From: the human T2T-CHM13v2.0 reference genome, Homo sapiens | NCBI RefSeq assembly: GCF_009914755.1 | Contig: NC_060938.1 | Length of the DNA: 64,000 nt | Reading direction: 5' to 3' (one strand) | Part shown: positions 1 to 18,670 of the stretch, piece by piece | Layout of the letters: each line of letters starts with the position of its first letter | How positions within the stretch are numbered: position 1 is the stretch's first letter | The notes under the pieces: model-generated | Databases searched by the model: none | What the model saw: only the letters and a program-made list of their open reading frames with translations | Told to the model about the DNA's origin: nothing | Translations under genes and position numbers: made by a program

Positions 1-4874
<4,874 letters not shown>

Positions 4875-6074
4875 TAGACATCTGTAATTTTTCAAATCCT
4901 GCTTTTTATGTCAAAGAGAAAAATGGCAAGGAAATAAACTATTATAAAAGATTTATTTGAGAAAGTTACAAGGTTTATGTTAAGGACCTAGAGTCAGTAT
5001 TGATAACCTTGTTTTATCTAAAGGAGACTGAATTGCATTCAGTATATTTAATTTGCTAAGACCTAGAATAATCATTAATTCAAAATATATACAGATACCT
5101 TAGAACTAAGATAATTATATTTCAGTCATGCTGGATAATTTCTCCATACTGTGTCTTCCTTCTTCATCAATCATTTACTTGTTGATAGTCATGTTTTATC
5201 TTTCACTATTCTTTAGTTGGCATTAAACCATAAAATGCTGCTATTTGTGAGGGAACCCATAGATGTAATGCAAGAAGTTGGGGGAAAGAAAAAAGATACT
5301 TACTTTTATTTTTGCCTAATGGTTTTTGTGGGTTTGGTTTGGTTTGGTTTTGGGTTTTGGGGGGTTTTTTGGTTTTTTTTACAGAAAAGGTACAAAAATC
5401 AAGCCTCACGTGAATAAAATTAGTCCTAGGCAAGAAAGTTTAGCCACTACTGGCCTGACTCTTAAAGTTTGTGTGAAAGAGGGGCATCACTTATTATTAT
5501 AGCATCTATTGTAATTTTTAAAATTGCAGTTCATCACTCAAGTGACACATCAGAATGTTGACTCTCTAAGAGTTTAAAAATATTTAAGATAACATTTGTT
5601 ACTGGAAATGACCAAGCATCAGGAGGCCTGGTTGCATAAGTTGATTTAGCCAAACATTGGACTACTGTGTAGTTATGATAAAGATGAAGTAAATGTACAT
5701 ATACAGATACAGAAAGAGCTGTAAAATGTATTATTAGATGAAAAAAGATATAACATGTACCCTGTAATCCCATTTTAAAAAATAAAATTAAGAGGATGTG
5801 TATGTGCTATTATATGCATCAATGTTTTTCTAGAAGGATACACAAGCATATTGACATGTTTTTCTCTTTTTCTTGTTTGAAATTTTAATATACATCTAAT
5901 ACTTTCATTAAAATACAGAAACAAAATTACATTTGTATGTAACAAAAGATTGGGAGGAGATGTTTTAAATTTCAGATCTATATTTTGTCCTTGGAAACAT
6001 TAGAAAGGGCAACAAGATTCTATTTTTATTAGACTTAGAAAACAGTTGTTTAACACAAGATTACTTTTTCCTAG

Positions 6075-6214
6075 GATTTCCATTTAAACAGGGTTAATTT
6101 GGAAGAATCTTCAGGAGTGGAAAACTCTCCAGCTGGTGCTAGACCAAAGAGAAAAAACAAGAAGTCTTATGATTTAACTCCGGTTGATAAATTTTGGCAA
6201 AAACATAAAGGAAG
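6075..6214 (+). CDS. SCFD1: SCFD1 coding exon, 140 nt (DFHLNRVNLEESSGVENSPAGARPKRKNKKSYDLTPVDKFWQKHKG/S)
   Basis: tttttcctAG acceptor, AG/gtaagc donor; phase 0 to 2; the translation matches my recollection of Sly1/SCFD1. Confidence 0.95.
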
Positions 6215-7479
6215 GTAAGCAAAATATCAATAAGTAAAAGATTCATTTTTTTAAAGAGAAATTAAGGTGTCATCCACCTTAATGAATTTGAGAAAAAAAA
6301 GGGTCATGTAGGTTCGTTCACCCAATGAGTGGGGGCTGTAATTAGATAGTCTGTAGATATTTGTCTTTATTTCTCCATTTCTCACTGATTCCTAAGTTGT
6401 TTTTTGTTCATTGTTGTTTTATAGGGACCGCTTCTCCTTTCAATGAGATCATCCTATACAGATAGTCTTTTTCAATTTTGTTGCTGTCTCCACTGACTCT
6501 ATAAGACCATCTCTGCCTTTCATTTAAATTGGCTTTTGTGATTTTGGGGGTGATTTTTTCCTTTTTGTTACATGTTGCCCTCATGTAAACCTTGTTTTAG
6601 ATACTTGTGGAGAGAGTACCTAAGCCTAAAAGCCTAGAAATTTATTCAAAGTACATTAGAAATAATGAGTGATAAAACTGCATTAATTTGCCATGTGATT
6701 TACTGTGGGCAGATATACATATCCCATGTGATGCTATGCCCCCTTAAAGTTTAGGGTACTTCATGGGCTCAGTTACTGCTATAAAAGTTATCTAGTGATC
6801 ATTATGGCTAGAGCCATCATTCTAAACAAACAAAAATATTATTCCTCAGAGAAAAAGAATACTGTTCATCAACAATTATGAAAATATGATTTTTAAAAAA
6901 TATTTCAAAATGTGTGTGTGTCCTTGATATAGCTGTTCTTTTTGGGCTTATATTTATTGTTTAAAGAGAAGTCGAATATAGACTTGGTTCAACATGCTGG
7001 GTTTTTAATATGCTTTATCTTTTTTTTACTTACAACTTTTTTTTAAGCTGGAAAATCAAATCGCCATAACAAAGATTTGACTTTCTCTGCAGAGAAAAGT
7101 CACTGTCTTTCTCTTTCTCACTATGGCAGTTTTAGGTACTATTTTAATTAATTTTAATAAATTTGATTTTAAATAATACTCTTCCCTTTGGAATTCCATA
7201 ATCTACGTTTCCCTCCAGAATGGTGAAGTACAAGAAATTACTTTTATTAGAGAGGCATTATTTATAGAGAATACAGAATATTTTGAAGTTGGCATTCCCT
7301 AATAGAGAAAAGCTTAAGAAAAAAATCTCTGTATTCAAATATGGAAATTTTGAATTTTTTTAGAACATATGTTTAAGAACAATTTAAGAGGTCAGTTGAA
7401 TAGTAAGAATTTTAACCTCCTATTCATTAAGTAGGAATAGCTCTTTTGCTCTGCATCTTACATACAATAGTAACATGGG

Positions 7480-8095
7480 CACAAAGACACTTGGAGATAG
7501 CATAAACAAGTGACCTAAACCTCTCTGAGCTTCAGTTTCCTCATCAGTAAAATAGGGAGATAATAATTCTACCTATTGCCCTATTTCAGAAGGTTGTTGA
7601 GAAGATTGAGATAATGAATTTAAAGGAGTAATTTGCCCAAGTCATCCAGCTTTCGTTGGTAAAGCCAGGGATGAAACCCAGGTCTTGCAGACCATAAAGC
7701 ACCCAGTCTTAACATTGAATAGTTAAGTTATGATAGTTACCTCAACAGATTCATCAGGATTAAATGAGGTTGCAGTGAGCCGAGATCACGCCATTGCACT
7801 CCAGCCTGGGCAACAAGAGCAAAACTCCATCTTAAAAAAAAAAAAAAGAAAGAAAAGATAAATTCTTAGCATGGTGTTTGATGTATAGTAAAATCACTTA
7901 ATAAATGTGAGCAATTATTCTCTGTTAACTCTGAGACCTAAAGATATCAGAGATTTTGAGGATTATCCAGTTCAACCCACACATTTTACAGATAAAGCTA
8001 GGGCCCTGAGAGGGTAAGAGCTTGCCTGTAAAGGAAGTTTCCATTATAATTAGATGGAACAAGGGTTTCTGACTCCCCAGTGCAATGCTGAGGCC
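7480..8095. mobile_element. Cluster of MIR SINE fragments in both orientations
   Basis: MIR core motifs: ctctctgagcttcagtttcctcatcagtaaaatagg, ggattaaatgag...cttagcatggtg...aataaatg, and cattttacagataaagc. Confidence 0.65.
7766..7857 (+). mobile_element. Short 3' Alu fragment with A-tail, inside a MIR
   Basis: gaggttgcagtgagccgagatcacgccattgcactccagcctgggcaacaagagc followed by an A-rich tail. Confidence 0.9.
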
Positions 8096-9075
8096 TCAGT
8101 GCTATTTTTTGCCAACATAGACTCAACTGGAGCTGGAGTAAATGCCTGTGCTTGTGAGGTAAAATTGGACTGTGTTCCTCAGAATCCTTTCTGAGCTCCT
8201 GTCTTTTCTGCTAGTCTCCATTGGATAAAATGTGCTTGTTATTAGAGAGGTATTTTCAGATGTCAGAGCTGAGGAAGGGGGGAAAGGTTTTTGTTCACTG
8301 TTAATGAGACATGACCTTTTCTTTCTTAAAGGAGAAAAGGCTTCTGGCCTCCCCCTAGGCTGTAGATGAAAAATACTCATTTTAAGAAACATTTAATGAT
8401 CAACATGTATTCACCTAGAGTTTGTCAAGATTAGTACAGTGTTTTCTACCTGAGTGCTCATGATTGCAGATCACTTCTGCCTAAAGTCTATGTAAGTTAC
8501 TGCTAAACCACAATGTCCTGGTAGAAGACATCAGGTATTAGGCCACCAAAACTGTGGCCCAAGTGCTATTTTTACCAGTAGTGTTCTGGGATATTATGAG
8601 TTCTGAGTTACAAGAATTTTTTCACAGTTACTTGCAGGTGATATTTTTAAATGCTGTCTTTGTAGTTGCATGGACCCTTTGACATGACGTGTTAATTTGG
8701 ATGGGAATATTTAATTGATATTTGATATAACATGACTTGTCTTCCATTGATTTTCAGTCATGTAAATATTTTACTTTTTCTTCTAAAAACGTATAAGTGA
8801 AGAGAATGTATGATACTGTTAATGAAAAATAGAAATGAAATTTAAATTTTAGATGTATATTATATGCATTTTAAAGAAATAGTATTATATAGATATCAGA
8901 AAGATATGTAGTTGTATTTGTGCTGAATCTTTTCTGCCTTTGTTATATATAACATATATTCAAATCCAAATAAGTATATTTAAAATAATAAATGTTCATT
9001 GTATATATTTTAGAATTTACACAAAAATTGGTCTTTTAATGTCATCCTCATAGTTCTTGTGCAATACTGTTTTAG

Positions 9076-9166
9076 TCCATTCCCAGAAGTTGCAGAATCA
9101 GTTCAGCAAGAACTAGAATCTTACAGAGCACAGGAAGATGAGGTCAAACGACTTAAAAGCATTATG
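9076..9166 (+). CDS. SCFD1: SCFD1 coding exon, 91 nt (S/PFPEVAESVQQELESYRAQEDEVKRLKSIM)
   Basis: ttttAG acceptor, ATG/gtaaga donor; phase 2 to 0, in frame with the previous exon. Confidence 0.95.
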
Positions 9167-9742
9167 GTAAGATTCTATTTGCTTTCTAAGAATTATAGGA
9201 AAGAGGAGGATTATCTGTTAGATAAAGAGATTTGGGTTTTTTTCCTTATAAAAATTGAAGGCCATTTAATGCTTTTATAACAAAAATATTTTCAACTTGC
9301 GTAAGTGATCAAAAAGAAATCTAAATATTGAGAAGAGAAAAAATAATATATGATTTGAAAAAATATATAATGTAGCATCATTTTAGAGATGTATGTTCCA
9401 ATGCTGCTCATTCTACCATACTTCGATGTAACTTCAGATTTCAGCTCTACTGTTTATTGCTGTGTGACCTATGGCACGTCTCTGGGCCTGTCTCCTTATC
9501 CAAAAATGCCAGCTGATCATTTAGACATCTAACCATTAGACTGGCGATTACTAGAACTTTTATGTAACATTAAAATATATATGCTTGCACCTCAGAGGAG
9601 GAGAATTACTATTCTAGGTGACTTAAAAATCTTACGGTATATCAATAATCTTAGGATATTTGCTCCAATCTTAGGATGTGTTGATTTTTATGCTTGTGCC
9701 TGGGATTTTTGAGTAGCTATTGAGACCTTTTTTCTTTACAAG

Positions 9743-9816
9743 GGACTAGAAGGGGAAGATGAAGGAGCCATAAGTATGCTTTCTGACAATACCGCTAAGC
9801 TAACATCAGCTGTTAG
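9743..9816 (+). CDS. SCFD1: SCFD1 coding exon, 74 nt (GLEGEDEGAISMLSDNTAKLTSAV/S)
   Basis: tttctttacaAG acceptor, AG/gtaagt donor; phase 0 to 2. Confidence 0.95.
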
Positions 9817-10179
9817 GTAAGTGAGCAGTATATCCTCTTTGAAGTCTTTCTGTTGATAGGATTTTTTTTTTATTTAACTAAAAAATTGTTAATGTTTTTA
9901 ACTAGTAGGAAACTGTAGGCAATAGCAAATATAACTTTGAATTTAAAGAACTAAATTGTATTTAGCTAAATGTTTAAGCCGATTTTAGTTCCCTCTTAGA
10001 TATAGGAGATTATTCATTCTTTCACCAGTTAGAACTGTGTAATAGGGGTAATTTTATGAGGAAAATACTATTAATGATAAAGTAGGGCAAGCGATTATTA
10101 ATTTTATTATAGATACTGTTTTCTTAACTAAAAGTTAAACAGTTTTTTCTGTACTTTGAATGCCATTAAGGAGGGAGGA

Positions 10180-10519
<340 letters not shown>

Positions 10520-10802
10520 TTAATTTGATTTTATTTAAACCTCCAAAATTTGGAATCAGAAAGTAAAGTGATAGAAATAATGATATTTGGGAGCCAGATT
10601 ATTTTAAAATAAGCATTTCACCTGTATTAATAAATACTGTAGGTGTTCAAGTCTAGAGATTAAATTAGTTGATAGTTTAATTCGTCATCTTGTTACTGTT
10701 TCACTGTTCTGAGTTTCCACAGGGGAAACACCAGGCATGAGATAAAGTCTATGTCATTTTAGAAAATTTATTGGTTAATATTTAATTTTTTGATACTTGC
10801 AG

Positions 10803-10884
10803 TTCTTTGCCAGAACTCCTTGAGAAAAAAAGACTTATTGATCTCCATACAAATGTTGCCACTGCTGTTTTAGAACATATAAAG
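10803..10884 (+). CDS. SCFD1: SCFD1 coding exon, 82 nt (S/SLPELLEKKRLIDLHTNVATAVLEHIK)
   Basis: ttgcAG acceptor, AAG/gtaaat donor; phase 2 to 0; LPEL...K...D.H.N.A is the characteristic Sec1 domain-3a motif. Confidence 0.96.
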
Positions 10885-11994
10885 GTAAATTTAACTTTTT
10901 CCCCCCCACAATATGACTTGCATTTACATAGGGTTTTATACTTTGTAAGATGCTTTAGTATTCATTATCTTATTGAGTCCCCACTGTAACATGAAGTATA
11001 ATTATGGAAGACAGCAGTATTATAGTTATTTTTTTGCAAATAAAGTAACCTAGGAATCCAGAAAGATAAGTGATTTCCAAGGTCACATGTTTAGTAAATA
11101 GAAGTGGGAATCTATGATATTTCTATTATATTGCACTGCCTCAATATCACTGCTGTACATACTACTGTATTAATAGTAGACTTGTATCTCAGCATCAGTA
11201 ATAGATTTGGAAATCTCTTTTACCAGAGTTCTATCTAAAATATCCATTAATAACATCACTTTTATTTATGTGACTTTGTTCTGAACTTTTTAAATTTAGA
11301 GAATCTGTTAACATTGAAGCTTCTTACTGTGTATCATTGAACTGTGATTTTGAAACAAGTATGTTGGGAGTTCTATATATTGTTATAGTTCTTTTTCTCA
11401 TTACCGTGTTCATGATTGCCCCATTGTCAGCTTACTTAATCAGTCCTTCAGTATTCTGCTATTATTTGTTCTCCACACTTGGAGCTGAATTTCTGTGGCA
11501 GATTGACCATATGCTAAAACTTGGCTAATATTGACCCCTCCTTTCCATTTTATATGATGCATTTGAAACTGTTTAAAAAGCTGAATATAATTGCTGGCTG
11601 TCAGAGAAGTTGATAACACCTGGGATTTATTGAGAAGGTACTTAAAGGTATTATTTAAATAATTTTAAAAGCCACAAAAGCATTAGAAAGGCACTAACAT
11701 AGATAATGGGCAGCATGCAGTTTAAACCTGCATAATTACTATTACGCCAACAACCTAATTTTTTTCTTTGTTTCACATCTTGGTACTTGATATTTTTCAG
11801 GTTCATACAGGAATAGAAACAGAACTGCAGTCTGTAGGTGATTCTGCTGATGTTTTCACTTCTATATGTAGTGTCTCTGTGAAATGGCAAAAGGCTGTTC
11901 AGATCTGTTTACCTGAGGTCATTGTCTCTTGTGGAGGTGATACAGATACAGATATAGATGTATAGATATATCACCAGGTGAAATACAACAGAGA

Positions 11995-12690
11995 GCTATA
12001 TTGAGAATTTCCTTCAGGTCGGAGACTAGAACTTATAGTTTGAGAAAATTTTGGTTAATTTACTTATTCAATCATGTTTATTGAGTGGCTCTATGTATAT
12101 TGTACTAGGCCCTGAAGATACTGTAGTAAACAAGACAGACAAGTTCTCTGTTCTCTTGAAGCTTATATTGTAGTGACAGTAAACAGAGTAAGCAAATTAG
12201 AAAACAAGTTAACTTCAGGCATTTTAGTGACATGAGAACAACAAAAACAGCAGGGTGATGTGAGGCAATGGGATATGAGAATGGCTGAGAGGCCTACTCT
12301 GGAGTAAGTCTGCAAGTGAAATCACCTTTGATGAGGTGATGTTTGAGTTGAGACAGGAATCACAGAAAGGAGCCAATTAGTGAAGATCTCAGGGCCAACC
12401 ATGCCAGGCAGAGGGAATAAGAAGTGCAAAGGCCCTACGACAAACAAATTCGGTATGTTTGAGAACCTAGAAAAAGACAAATTGTGCTTTATTGAGGAGG
12501 GAAAGAGTGATGGTAGAATATGGAATCAAAAAAAGTAGAAATTTAAGTATGATAACTCATTAGAGGTTAATGACATGATCTGATTTATGTTTTAAAATAA
12601 AGAAGACTGTGGAGGATAAGGGACAATGAGTTCTGGAAATAAAAGTGGAACTGGAAGACAACTATTATAGATGTGTAGGTGAAAAATGAT
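11995..12690 (-). mobile_element. LINE-2 3' remnant
   Basis: ttattcaatcatgtttattgagtggctctatg...ctaggccctgaagatactgtagtaaacaagacagac and ccaggcagagggaataagaagtgcaaaggccct, both typical of L2; boundaries approximate. Confidence 0.65.
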
Positions 12691-12972
12691 TTATAAGACA
12701 TAATTTACTTACGAAATTTTTATCGTGCTTATTATAATTTTACACTAATGATTTTAGGTGAGTTTTTCAGATCAGTTTTTGCTAACAGAGGCCATCTGTC
12801 TGAGATAGTTTAATATGCTACCATGCCCAACCTAAACAATTCTACTTGAAGACCTCTTGGTCTTATAAAAGAAAGTGTTCCCTTTAGGGTTGCTAGTTCT
12901 CTGGCAGAGCATCTTATGCCAAGAAACTAATCTGTCATTCAAGATATTGAGTGATTTTATGTAAAAGATAGA

Positions 12973-13144
12973 TTTTATTTATTCACTTATTTATTTATTT
13001 TGACAGGGTCTCTCCCTGTCACCCAGGCTGGAGTACAGTGGCACAATCATAGCTCAATATAGCCTTAACCTCCTGGGCTCAAGGATCCTCCTGCCTTGCC
13101 TCCCTAGTAACTAAGACTATTGGTGCATTCCACCACACCCAGTC
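12973..13144 (-). mobile_element. Alu right-arm monomer (FRAM/AluJ)
   Basis: T-rich tail, then gacagggtctc...cccaggctggagtacagtggcacaatcatagctc...caccacacccagtc. Confidence 0.85.
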
Positions 13145-13641
13145 AAAAAAATAGATATTATTGAATCATTATCTTGCTAATGATCCTTTTTCATCATAAG
13201 ATCTGATTTAAACAAAGTGTGCTATTGAGGACATTCACTTTACAGAGGGAAAATAATGTCATCTGTAGAACACACTACTCCTAGTTGGGTCATTCTAAGA
13301 AGCCCAATTAAAAATCAGAAGTTTTTTTTATATCCTAGATAAAGAAGCATATTTATTTTAAATATTTTAAGTTCTTCCTTGTCAAAAGTAGCAGATAAAC
13401 TGTATTGTTCTCATTATTTCTCATTATTCCTAGTTACAGAATTTCTTATAACTTTTCATAACTCTTAAATTTCCATCCTTATAAGCGGCATGTTTATTTA
13501 TACCATTACTATGTTAAGCCACCTACTGCTGGCTGTGTTAATGTTAATTAAAGAAATATTTTGCTCCGTAATCTCTTCTCTTTTCACCAGAATTTCTTGA
13601 CCATCTGAGCTTTACTTACTTGTGAACATACATTCACCTAA

Positions 13642-13956
<315 letters not shown>

Positions 13957-15089
13957 GTAAATATTTTTTACTAGCTAGAAGATTGTGTCATGTAGAGGTC
14001 TCAGCATTTCTCTTAGTATTTGACTGTATTAGTTTTACATATTTCTTCTTTTGTTTAGAGTATAACCGCTTCTTACATTTCCTTCAGTCGTTTTCTAAAG
14101 AAGAAATTAACCTTTTTAGAAATCCTGGCAGTTACCCCGCAATTGATGTTTTGGTGGAAAATTAGAGCACACCAGTTTGTCATAACTTTAAGAAACATTT
14201 TCACTTTATTGATATTCTGAGGATTTTAGTGATTTGGGTAATTTGGGTCTAATAAAGAGTAAATTGTTGAATACTCATTTGTTTTGAGTCATCTATATTT
14301 TTAAACCCTTTCTTTAGTTGTTTTTTCATCCCTAATACAAATGCAACTTTCCCACTTGCTGGTTGTTAGAGAATGGCTTCTGGGATTACTTACATAATTT
14401 GTAGACAGCCTGTTTTAATTATTCTTAGCTCACCTATGTAGCAAACCTGAATAAAGTACTCTTTAGCTCCAGATACCTAAAGAAAAGAAGCCTACTTGTA
14501 AAGCATAGTTGATGAGATGAGAGAGAGAAATGGTATCATGGGTTCTTTCCCCCAGTGTTCCCACCTTAGAGGAAAAGCACCCACATCTGAATGCTCCAAC
14601 CAACCGGATATAGCTGGTAAAAAATAAGCTATCAATAAACTTTGTGAGGCAAGGCTTAATTGTTACTGGATCCTCATTTTTGTTTTACTTGTTCTTATAG
14701 ACAGTCTTATAGGGACTGAATTAGATCTAAAGACATCATCTGATTAGGTGATGATGTCTGTACTCTAAAGAAGGCTTAACCCTTGTTGGCAATGCTAGCT
14801 TTTCACTAGTGTTCCTTCTGAGGACTGACTTTTTATTTTTATTTTTTGGTTCAACTGCCTTATATTTTTATGGGGAAGATAAGCTTTCAAAATAAAGTGG
14901 AAACTCTCTTAACTGATCTCCACTTAGTCACCACACCAAATTAACTGATGCCCTCTGTAAACCACAGTGGCCAGTAGCCACATTATTAACATGTCATAAC
15001 AATTTCCTTATTATCATCTTGTGCCTTTTTCTGCTCTCATGATTGGATTTTTTTTTTTTTGCTTACTAATGAGTTATTTGTGTTTTATT

Positions 15090-15560
15090 GCATTTATGTC
15101 AATTGTATGAGTATGAAAAGATTGTTTCTATAAAACTAAGTTGCACATCTTAGAAAGACTCAGTGAACATGATGGTTTAAATAAATATTGTTTGAATTAG
15201 GTGTGGGTAAAAAACCTTAACCATAAAAGATTGGAAAGCCTCAGAAAATACTGTATTTTACGGAAATTGCTTTGCAATGTCTCTAAAATTTTTTATTCCA
15301 CTCCCAAAGAACTGAACCTGGAAATCATAGGTGATTTCTGATAGGTGTGCTTTATGCAAGAAAGAAAAAAAATGTCAGTCACTGAATCTCTGTACTCAAA
15401 GAAGAAGTCTTGGACATAGATCAGTGATTGACAGACTGCGTATTTTAGGTCTTAAGTTAAACATACAACATAGATCCTGTTTTATTCTTCACATAAACTG
15501 ACTTTTTTTTTTTTTTAACATTAACTGACTTTGATTAACTGATCACTATTGCTCCTGATC
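15090..15560 (+). mobile_element. Ancient Tigger/pogo DNA transposon remnant (Tigger15-like)
   Basis: aaaactaagttgcacatcttagaaagactc...gaattaggtgtgggt translates as KTKLHILERL...ELGVG, resembling the N-terminal HTH of pogo transposases; boundaries uncertain. Confidence 0.45.
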
Positions 15561-16463
15561 ACATTAGAGGTCTTTTACTGAACTAGAAGTCAGAACATTT
15601 CTTTGGCTGGATTTTGTGCTGATTTGTTTAAAATGATCTCTTGTCCAGTATGCATATCAAGTGAAAGTTCTTATTACCTTGGTGTCTTTTCTTTAAGACA
15701 GAGGAAAAATATATTCTGTATCAGAAAGTTCACAGTGGATGAGCTATCACTTGTCTTTTATCTCTTCTCATCTCAAGATTAGTTACTATGAGAATCTGAA
15801 GTATTTTGTTTTGCTTTGTTTTGTTTTTTATTGCAAGTATGACAAAAGATAGCTCTTCAGTGAGTGGAATATCCTTCAACTCCTTACTGTGAATTTCTGG
15901 AACTACTTCTACATCTCAAAAAAAATATGTATGAAATCAACTTTTTCTTGCTCTTGGCTCTCACTTCCCTAATACCTACTTTTATGAGGATAAAGCATTG
16001 TCATTTAGCAAGACCTAGTTTAATAGGTTCATAAAGATTAAATTCAAAGGAATAAAGACATCTCAAAACTCAATAATGAGAAAGCAAACAACCTGTGTTA
16101 GCCAGGGTTCCCCAGAGAACAGAACTAATCCTTGGCTGAAAATACAAACATAGGATGTGGGGTTTTTTTTCTTTTAAAGGGAGAATGAACTTTTTTTTTC
16201 ACTGTTACATAAGATATTTAACATAGTAGGTATATTCCCACATTCTACAGAGGAGCTGAATCTCAGAAATACTGAATACTTGCCTTAAGACCATCTACCA
16301 AAGCCTGAATTTTAACTTGGGTTTTTAAGTCCCATGTTCTCTCTACCATGCTGTAGTTCCATAAAACATATCTACTAAAATTCAGTGAGAATGGTTTGCT
16401 CTTTTGTAATCCCTTTGGAGTAACCATAGGATTAGGAATAATTTAAACTGAAAAATAACAACT

Positions 16464-16600
16464 AAGCAAGGTTTGGTGGCATGCACCTGTAATCCTGGCC
16501 ACTCAAAGGCTGAGGTGGGAGGATCTCTTGAGCCTGGGAGTTCAAGTCCAGTTGACCAACATAGCAAGACCCCCATCTCATAAAAAATAAAAATAACAAA
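16464..16600 (+). mobile_element. Alu left monomer (FLAM)
   Basis: ggtggcatgcacctgtaatcc...ggaggatctcttgagcctgggagttcaag...catagcaagacccccatctc plus an A-rich tail. Confidence 0.85.
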
Positions 16601-16768
16601 AAATAGAGAGTAGAAGGGAACCTCTATAGTCTGTGATTTTTCTTTGTTGATGTCCTGTTTTTAATTTCACTGGTTCTGCTCTAATTTTTATTATTTATTT
16701 TCTTCTGCCTATTTTGGATTTAACTTGCTGTTCTTTTTCTAAGTATATCTTTTAAGAGTTCAACATTC

Positions 16769-17053
16769 AGCTGGGCGCGGTGGCTCACACCTGTCATCCC
16801 AGCACTTTGGGAGGCCAAGGCAGGCAGATCACTTCAGGCCAGGAGACCGGCCTGGCCAACATGGCAAAACCTCATCTCTACTAAAAATACAAAACTTAGC
16901 TGAACATGGTGGCGCACACCTGTAGTCACTCTGGAGGCTGAGGCATGAGAATTGCTTGAACCTAGGAGGCAAAGGTTGCAGTGAGCCGAGATCGTGCTAT
17001 TGCACTCCAGCCTGAGTGACAGAGTGAGACTCTGTCTCAAAAAAAAAAAAAAA
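16769..17053 (+). mobile_element. AluS with small internal deletions
   Basis: Dimeric Alu with poly(A); degenerate TSD aagagttcaacat / aagcgctcaacat. Confidence 0.9.
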
Positions 17054-18670
17054 GCGCTCAACATACTGGTTGAATAAATTAAAACTAAGTGATTTCTGAG
17101 AGCCATAAAAAACAAGACAACAGTTTACAAATACCACGGAAATATCATAAAGCAGTTTTCAGTATTTCGTGATAATAAGGTCACTTCTGTTTATATTTTT
17201 TATACTTGCCATCTATAAAGATCATTTTGTGTACATTTTAAATTTTTTATATAGATCATTTTAGTCTGAATTTAAATATTTTTAGCATAAGTCAATACAT
17301 AGGATAAATTTACAGATTAAATATTGTGTTCATATTCTAAAACAGATTTAAGGCAGCTCCCTCAAATAGCACATAGAATGAAAACAATCTGATAAAAGCT
17401 CACAAATAATTCAGTAAAAGCTCAATAGTTATAATGTTAATTCTCAAATTTGGCTTTGAATTTTCTCACAGCCAAGATAAAAAAGAGAGAGATGATTAAG
17501 ATAAAAAAACCTCTGTCAGAAAGATTTTCTGTTTTTTATTCTAAGCAAACCATTTCTTAGCATCACATTACAAAAGACATTGCTCATATTGGGCATTATC
17601 TAGAATAAATTAAGTGATGTAATGAGGTAGTAATTAATATCAGTTACCCTTATAGATTTCATGTGACTGTTTCGTATAGCAACTTTCATGAAACCCAGGG
17701 ATATAATATTAAATACAATTCAATGAGAGCAGTTCTATGAGTTACCAAGGTAGCCAAGTCTATCGCCCTCTAATGGTTCCCTGTATATGTCCTGTTCTTA
17801 AACTAATAGAATTTTTATTATCTAGAGTGGAAAGATTGCATATTCTTTGAATAATCTATAATATCATTTTTTCATTTTGGCTTTTGATAGGAGTTAGATA
17901 ACAAGTTGAGGTTATACATTCTGATTTGGTCCTGGAATGCTAGAAATTCAATGTTTTTGGTTGAGAGAAAAAATGCATATGTTTGGAAATGAAATAACCA
18001 ACTAGTAAGATTGATAATCTGTTGTAGAAATTGAAGAAATAAGCTGGTCTCTCACCTTGATAGTATACTGTCCCATCTGTGTACAGAAGAGAGGTAGAAG
18101 TAAAATGAATTTTGTTCAAGATTCCTAAGTCACTATGGCACATGAGCTAAGTTCATTGTAGCTTGGAAACCCAACAAGTAAATATTTTCAGTCACTTGTA
18201 TCATAGAACACCTTTAAATACAATTTTATGGTTCATCTTGATTTTTTGTAACATAATTTTTCACATTGACAAATCCATGCATATAGTGGCAAACCCACCG
18301 GTATGAATTGCAACAAAATGCACACCTGAATAACTGAAAATAAATTAACCAGCTATTTTGTTATATTATACAAAGCAATTGAGTTTTGGAGAATTCCAGT
18401 TATCTTGCAGGGCACTATACATACAATAATGAACAAGCAGTCTCAAGGAGTTTTTACTGTAGTGACATATACCAACCATAGATGATTATAATGCAGCATT
18501 ACTGGTGCTACCCACCTGGATATCCAAATACAGCCCTGAAAGATGCCAGGAATTAAACATGTGAAGAAGTAAGAAGAAACAGGAATGGCTAGAATATAAA
18601 CAGTCTTCAGCTTAGGTGTAGGTGATATTCTAAAAGTCTGGTTCTAAGTTCATTGTAGCTTGAGATATAC

